Shown here: in pieces, positions 58,805 through 64,000 of the stretch | Numbering within the stretch: position 1 is the stretch's first letter | Layout of the letters: every line of letters starts with the position of its first letter | Virus record (IMG/VR): IMGVR_UViG_3300037400_004093 | Span: 2,591-66,590 of that record | From: a virus | Lineage: Duplodnaviria > Caudoviricetes | Reading direction: 5' to 3' (one strand) | Length of the DNA: 64,000 nucleotides | The notes under the pieces: generated by a model | The model's input: the letters and a program-made list of their open reading frames with translations, nothing else | The model's database searches: none | Told to the model about the DNA's origin: nothing | Position numbers and translations under genes: made by a program

Positions 58805-61800
58805 ATGGCCGATAAAAATACAATAATTTATACTTCAGAAGATTCAAGAGTAGTAGGGCAGAGAAGAGCCAATATGCGTTTTGACCTTTTACAACAAAGT
58901 TTAGAACAAATATATATTCCTCTTGGATATACCAAAGAGCAAATAAATAATTTAATTGGCACTGTAGCTACTAGAGCATTACAAGATACAGTTACAGAAA
59001 TGAAAACTTCTTTCTTAGTAAAGCATCCAAATTCATTTAAGAAAGAAACACAACAGAAGCATATAGATGTTATAAATAATAGTCTCGGTGCTTATAGTAT
59101 CATGACTAATAAAACTTTTGATGCTTTACTAGATCCTGATACTGAACAAACTGATTATACTAGACATATAGTACCAGATATGGCTGATACTTTTGATTTA
59201 GAATTCCAGCATGTCGATAATAAAACTATTTATCAGACTAGGGCTCAAATTCAAAGAGGTATTGATAATCTTAATCAAAAGGGTAGAGCCGTTGTCTGGG
59301 ATACCGAGACTCATAATGGTATTAATAAATATGGCCAGTCTGAAACTGGAGCTATCACTGAAATATCTTTTAGAGTTGTAGATAGAGATCAGAATGGTGA
59401 ATGGAACGTTTCTAAAGAAGTACAAGATGAAAACGTATTTAGTACTATTATTGGTAGCACGGAGAAAGAATATCAAGAAGAACTAGCATTAATTGAACGT
59501 TATCATGGAATAGGGCAAATAAGCAATTACGAAGAAGTAACTGCTATGCGTCTTGCATTAGAAGGCAGTTTAGAAACCGAATACGCTCAATCTGTCGATA
59601 AAAATGGCAAATTATTAGAAGGTGTATATAACTATACTAAATTCTCTGGCGATACTAATTATATGTCTAGAGAGGCAATGATTAGAGGCGCCGAAAGAAG
59701 AAGAGAAATAGGTAAAGCACAAGAAGCTTCTAAAGCTGTCGGATTTACTTCATCTTATGGTAAAAGTTACTCTGGGGTAAAAGGACATGAAGCACAAATC
59801 TTAAAAGGATTAGATAAAGTATTTGGCAGTGAAAAATTAACGATGATTGGTTATAACTCTGCCGCTTTTGATATTCCTAAATTAGCAGTTATGCTTCAAA
59901 AAGGAAATTGGAGTAGCGATTTCAGAGAAGCTGTACATGATTTAACTGGTGGAGTTATAACTCCTGAAAATCAAATAGATTTATTAGCTGTTCTAAGAAC
60001 TTCAGGAATTGACCAGTCCAAAATGTATACTCCTGAACAAAGAAAAGAATTAGATGAATCAGGTTTACATGCATTACAGCAGGAAGCTATCGCTAAATTG
60101 GCCGTTAATCCCGACGGCTCATTTAAAGATTTATATTTAAATGAAAAAGGCGAAAAGTTATTAGCGCATCTTGCTACTACTGACACTAAAGTATTAGCAG
60201 AAATTGTTTTGAATAAAATATTCAATGATCCTAATGACCCAGATGGAGCTAAAATTTCTGGCATAGAATTAGCGATGACAGGAAAAGGCTTCCAAAAAGA
60301 TGCAGGACAAAGTATAAAACTCAATGGAGACAATGATCAATTATTTGAAGTTGTATCTGGTGAACATCCTTCTAATTATGGTATTTGGGGTTTTGTAAAA
60401 GATCCATTTACTGAAGAATATAGAACTTTAGATGGATTTGCGATAAATTCAAACAATAAGATTACTAATGAAAACTTTAACCAATATCCACTGCAAAATG
60501 GTTCTACCATTACTATGTCTTCTGTAAGAAGAATAAAAGATGGTGGCGGAATTCATCAGTTATTAGGTATGATTTCTCCTGACATGGAAAAGTCAGGACT
60601 ATATGGTGTTACCATAAAAACAGATTTCGGAAATTATGAAGGTTCATTAAGATCTGGGGCGGAAGTATTTTTAACGGGAACCAAAGATGATCTCGAACAT
60701 TATTTAAATTCTGTATTATATCATGTTGCTGACAGAAAAAATGAAAATAGCCCTTGGATTGCGACAAATAATAAAACTACGAGATCCGAGTTAGATACGG
60801 TATCAATTGATCCTGTTACCGGTGAAAAGATTTATGGCAATTATAATAGAACTCCTTTAACTGGAGAAACTCAAGAGCAAATTGATTCTGAATGGATAGA
60901 CATGCTTCAGAAAAGAGCAGCTTATCGTTCCAGAAATGAATCTGCTTCTAGAGCTAGCAGAGAATTTAATTTTAGAAAAGATTCTGGAGTGTTATCGTAT
61001 CTCTATGATATGAATGATTATGTACAGGAGCAAAAACAGGCAAATCCTAATGCTTCAAAAGAAGAACTTGAAAAGCAGTTTAAAAATAAAGTTCATCAAA
61101 ATTCTTTAGAGCTAGAAAAGAAATTAAGAGATGGAGAAAAGATTGCCGATGCAGAAAAAGCATATACGTATTTCGGTTATTTTGGATATGAAGATTATAA
61201 AGATCATAGTCCAAATGTTTATTCAGAAACAGTATCTTCATCTTTAAGTAGATTAAATGAAGTGAAAACTAATAGCTATTTAATAGATCAAGCTATTAGA
61301 GCTTCATATGCAAGAGACGGTATTCAATTTAATCATACTTATACTCCAGGTACAAATAGATTTTTGCCTACAAATATCTCAGGTCCAGATTATTATAGTA
61401 CTAGAAATAGAATAGACACTTATTATAAAGGTTTTAGAAATGGGCTTAGAGATGCTGCTATTAATAAGTATTATGAAAATAATGATACTTCAATAGATTT
61501 TGCGGAGCATATAGCTGATAATTATAAGCAAGGCGAAATGTTTGCCCGCGACTTTAATAGATTTGAAGTTAATTTAAAAGGATTCAGAAATGTTGAAGAT
61601 GATAAGTTAGTTAGATTCAACATTAATTCGAATGCTGGTTTGAATATAGCCGATAGTATTCTTCGTGCTATGGGTAAAAACCCTGATTCAAAAAGCATAA
61701 ACAAAATTGGGGTATTAAAAGATTTTCAGGAATATTTAATCGATAATGGTATTTATAAAGGCAATGATTATAGAACTATTAGTTTAGATGATAGCAGACA

Positions 61801-64000
61801 GGATGCCGGTCTTAAAATTATCTCTATGTTAAAAGAAACAAGAGATAACGATCCTCAATCTGGAATGATTTCTAGTTCGTGGCAATATAATATAGACGAC
61901 CAGCTTATAGAATTTGGTGGATTAGATAAAACTGAAGTAAAAGCCAAGATAGATGAAATCAGTAAAACTTTACCAGAAGTATTTATCGGCAAAAAAGATA
62001 ACCTAGATTCCCATGCTGCAAAAATCGTTAACCAAATTATGTTTAAAGTAGATGGTTACGAGACTGATAGTTATGATGTAGAAAAAGCTAAAGAAGTATT
62101 AATCGATAACGCTAAAAAAGCTGGCTATGACGATCAGACAGCAAAAAAGATTAGTGAAATCTGGGATATACAAAGACGGGATTCTTTAGAATATGTAAAG
62201 AACTTATTACAAAGCTACAATGATTACGGCATAGATGTAGGCTATGATTTGAAGAATCAGAAAGTTTTTGTTCAAAAAGGAACAGAAGAAGCAAGACAGG
62301 TAAATCTGTTTAAAAATAAATTTAGAGACGGAATTTTATATAATCAAGTAGGCGGCTCTCAGGTTGTAACCCCTACTGGTATTTTCCTGTCTTATGATGA
62401 ACTTCATAGCGATAAATTTAATCCGACAAGAATAACAAGTGCTATCCATAAAGTTATGCCAGGAAAACGGTTCATGACAAGTAAATTAGAGTCTGCTATC
62501 GATAACGCAACTCTTCTTGATCAAGCTGCTTATGGTATTACTGGATACATGAATAATCAGCTGACTCAGTTTTCTTCTATCTCTAAAAAAGATATGCAGG
62601 ATTCTAGACAGCAATTTGGTTTTTATTTTGAAGATGTTTTACATAAGTTTAATGAAATTGGTTTTGACGAATTTAAAACTGGCGATGAAAAAGCTGATGA
62701 GATTTTAAATAAATTAGCTAAAACTAAAAATATAAATCCAGAATCACTGGATACAAAAACGATAATGGCTTTAGCTATAGGTCGAAAACAAATATTAAAT
62801 CAGCTTGTAGAAAAAACAGGATTAAAAGGGCAAATAGATCCTGGGGACATTAGCTTCATGTTTAAGAAAAGTGGAGGACACTTAATTGGAACATGGAATA
62901 GCGCTCTAAGTTATATGGAAAATGAAACCGATATATCTAGAGGTATTTATGCTCAGCATGGTAGAGTCGTTAAGATAAATAAAGATAAAGCTCTCGAAAA
63001 TTTACATAAAGCTTATGCAAATGAAACTGACATTAATGGAAACAATGCTTTTATAGATAGTATCAGTTTTGACGACATCGTAAATACAGAAGCTAAAATT
63101 ACATCAGATAAAACCAATAGTGATTTAATTGGTTATGAAACATCAAGAGCTGTTAGAGGGAACCAAGCATATATTTCGACTCAAGACTGGAAAGAACTTG
63201 TCGCTAATTATGATAAAGCATCTAAAGATCCAACCAGTGGATTAGAAGAGTTAACAGATTATTCAAGGAATATTCTTGAAATGTTAACAACAGATGAAGG
63301 TGCTGCTTTTGCCGATGCCCGTTTAATGGATTCTGTTTTCAATGAAAACAATTCTTTACAAAAAGTAAAATTTGATAATGTAAAACAGATCGATTATAAA
63401 GACATTAATAATATTGAGAGTTCTGATTTGTTAGATGCCAAATTTAAAATGGACGCTCAATATGATATAAAATATAATGATCAAACAGGACAATTAGAAT
63501 TTTCTTATGGCAAAGGCAGTTACGTAAAAAAAGACAAGGCCTTTTTACATATAAGAGGATATGGTGGAGAAATATCTCCTGTATCTGCTAAGTATAATGG
63601 TGTTGGAAAATTAGGTTTATTCGTTAACGATCAATTAGCTGATGAAGCAAGTGTTAATAAATTATTAGCTAATATAAAACTAACTAAAAATGTAACTCAA
63701 GATCAAATTGATGAAGCAATCAAGGAAGCTCATAAATTATTAAGCAGTAATTATGATTTAAAATATTATATTCAAAGAGAACAAGATGAATCTCATCAGA
63801 AAATTCTAACTCAAAGCACAGAAAAAAATATGATGTCTACTCTTACTCCTGTAATGGGCGCTCCAAACAGCGAAGTGGCACAGACATTAAAAGAAGCTAA
63901 ACTTGATTATTTCTTGGATAAATCTCTTAATATAGATGTTTTAAATTCATTAGAAGGAATTAAGCAAAACGGAAAAGACCAATTTGAAAAATCTTTATTC
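58805..64000 (+). CDS. giant protein (>1732 aa, truncated) with a DEDDh 3'-5' exonuclease domain
   Basis: Not in the track because it has no stop in the window. GGGAGG RBS; frame consistent at every point checked up to 64000; VVWDTET (ExoI), IGYNSAAFDIP (ExoII), AHLATTD (ExoIII). Confidence 0.75.
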   Translation, partial: MADKNTIIYTSEDSRVVGQRRANMRFDLLQQSLEQIYIPLGYTKEQINNLIGTVATRALQDTVTEMKTSFLVKHPNSFKKETQQKHIDVINNSLGAYSIMTNKTFDALLDPDTEQTDYTRHIVPDMADTFDLEFQHVDNKTIYQTRAQIQRGIDNLNQKGRAVVWDTETHNGINKYGQSETGAITEISFRVVDRDQNGEWNVSKEVQDENVFSTIIGSTEKEYQEELALIERYHGIGQISNYEEVTAMRLALEGSLETEYAQSVDKNGKLLEGVYNYTKFSGDTNYMSREAMIRGAERRREIGKAQEASKAVGFTSSYGKSYSGVKGHEAQILKGLDKVFGSEKLTMIGYNSAAFDIPKLAVMLQKGNWSSDFREAVHDLTGGVITPENQIDLLAVLRTSGIDQSKMYTPEQRKELDESGLHALQQEAIAKLAVNPDGSFKDLYLNEKGEKLLAHLATTDTKVLAEIVLNKIFNDPNDPDGAKISGIELAMTGKGFQKDAGQSIKLNGDNDQLFEVVSGEHPSNYGIWGFVKDPFTEEYRTLDGFAINSNNKITNENFNQYPLQNGSTITMSSVRRIKDGGGIHQLLGMISPDMEKSGLYGVTIKTDFGNYEGSLRSGAEVFLTGTKDDLEHYLNSVLYHVADRKNENSPWIATNNKTTRSELDTVSIDPVTGEKIYGNYNRTPLTGETQEQIDSEWIDMLQKRAAYRSRNESASRASREFNFRKDSGVLSYLYDMNDYVQEQKQANPNASKEELEKQFKNKVHQNSLELEKKLRDGEKIADAEKAYTYFGYFGYEDYKDHSPNVYSETVSSSLSRLNEVKTNSYLIDQAIRASYARDGIQFNHTYTPGTNRFLPTNISGPDYYSTRNRIDTYYKGFRNGLRDAAINKYYENNDTSIDFAEHIADNYKQGEMFARDFNRFEVNLKGFRNVEDDKLVRFNINSNAGLNIADSILRAMGKNPDSKSINKIGVLKDFQEYLIDNGIYKGNDYRTISLDDSRQDAGLKIISMLKETRDNDPQSGMISSSWQYNIDDQLIEFGGLDKTEVKAKIDEISKTLPEVFIGKKDNLDSHAAKIVNQIMFKVDGYETDSYDVEKAKEVLIDNAKKAGYDDQTAKKISEIWDIQRRDSLEYVKNLLQSYNDYGIDVGYDLKNQKVFVQKGTEEARQVNLFKNKFRDGILYNQVGGSQVVTPTGIFLSYDELHSDKFNPTRITSAIHKVMPGKRFMTSKLESAIDNATLLDQAAYGITGYMNNQLTQFSSISKKDMQDSRQQFGFYFEDVLHKFNEIGFDEFKTGDEKADEILNKLAKTKNINPESLDTKTIMALAIGRKQILNQLVEKTGLKGQIDPGDISFMFKKSGGHLIGTWNSALSYMENETDISRGIYAQHGRVVKINKDKALENLHKAYANETDINGNNAFIDSISFDDIVNTEAKITSDKTNSDLIGYETSRAVRGNQAYISTQDWKELVANYDKASKDPTSGLEELTDYSRNILEMLTTDEGAAFADARLMDSVFNENNSLQKVKFDNVKQIDYKDINNIESSDLLDAKFKMDAQYDIKYNDQTGQLEFSYGKGSYVKKDKAFLHIRGYGGEISPVSAKYNGVGKLGLFVNDQLADEASVNKLLANIKLTKNVTQDQIDEAIKEAHKLLSSNYDLKYYIQREQDESHQKILTQSTEKNMMSTLTPVMGAPNSEVAQTLKEAKLDYFLDKSLNIDVLNSLEGIKQNGKDQFEKSLF

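Noticed and set aside
52788-61704. Minus-strand ORFs within the two giant genes
   Set aside because: Short hydrophobic shadows expected opposite AT-rich coding sequence.
1-64000. CRISPR arrays, tRNA/rRNA genes, integrase/transposase, stop-codon recoding
   Set aside because: No regularly spaced repeats, cloverleafs or recombinase motifs were recognised by eye, and long genes read through in the standard code; tRNAscan and CRISPR finders were not run.

Overview
A 64-kb piece of a large contractile-tailed phage genome in the standard genetic code. AGGAGG ribosome-binding sites and sigmaA-type promoters suggest a Bacillota host. The left arm (about 1-11 kb) is mostly minus strand. It carries a 1064-aa polymerase of the YonO/cellular-RdRP family (GMDFDGD), many small genes, three circularly permuted (P5-type) twister ribozymes, two copies of an unidentified conserved RNA-like motif, and five near-consensus sigmaA promoters firing antisense into the small genes. 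After a non-coding strand switch (about 11.1-11.5 kb) the rest is one plus-strand morphogenesis cluster: possible TerS, a block of Gly/Ala-tailed membrane-like proteins, a 1417-aa polyvalent protein, TerL split by six group I introns (one with a LAGLIDADG endonuclease), an NlpC/P60-fusion protein, portal, prohead protease, head proteins, MCP, neck, sheath, a tail tube split by three group I introns, tube paralogs, two tail chaperones with a minimal Sir2 gene between them, a 2263-aa tape-measure-like protein, and a truncated >1732-aa protein with a DEDDh exonuclease domain. The main feature is the density of catalytic and regulatory RNA: 9 predicted self-splicing introns and 3 predicted self-cleaving ribozymes. 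All family calls come from motif recognition by eye; no database searches were run.
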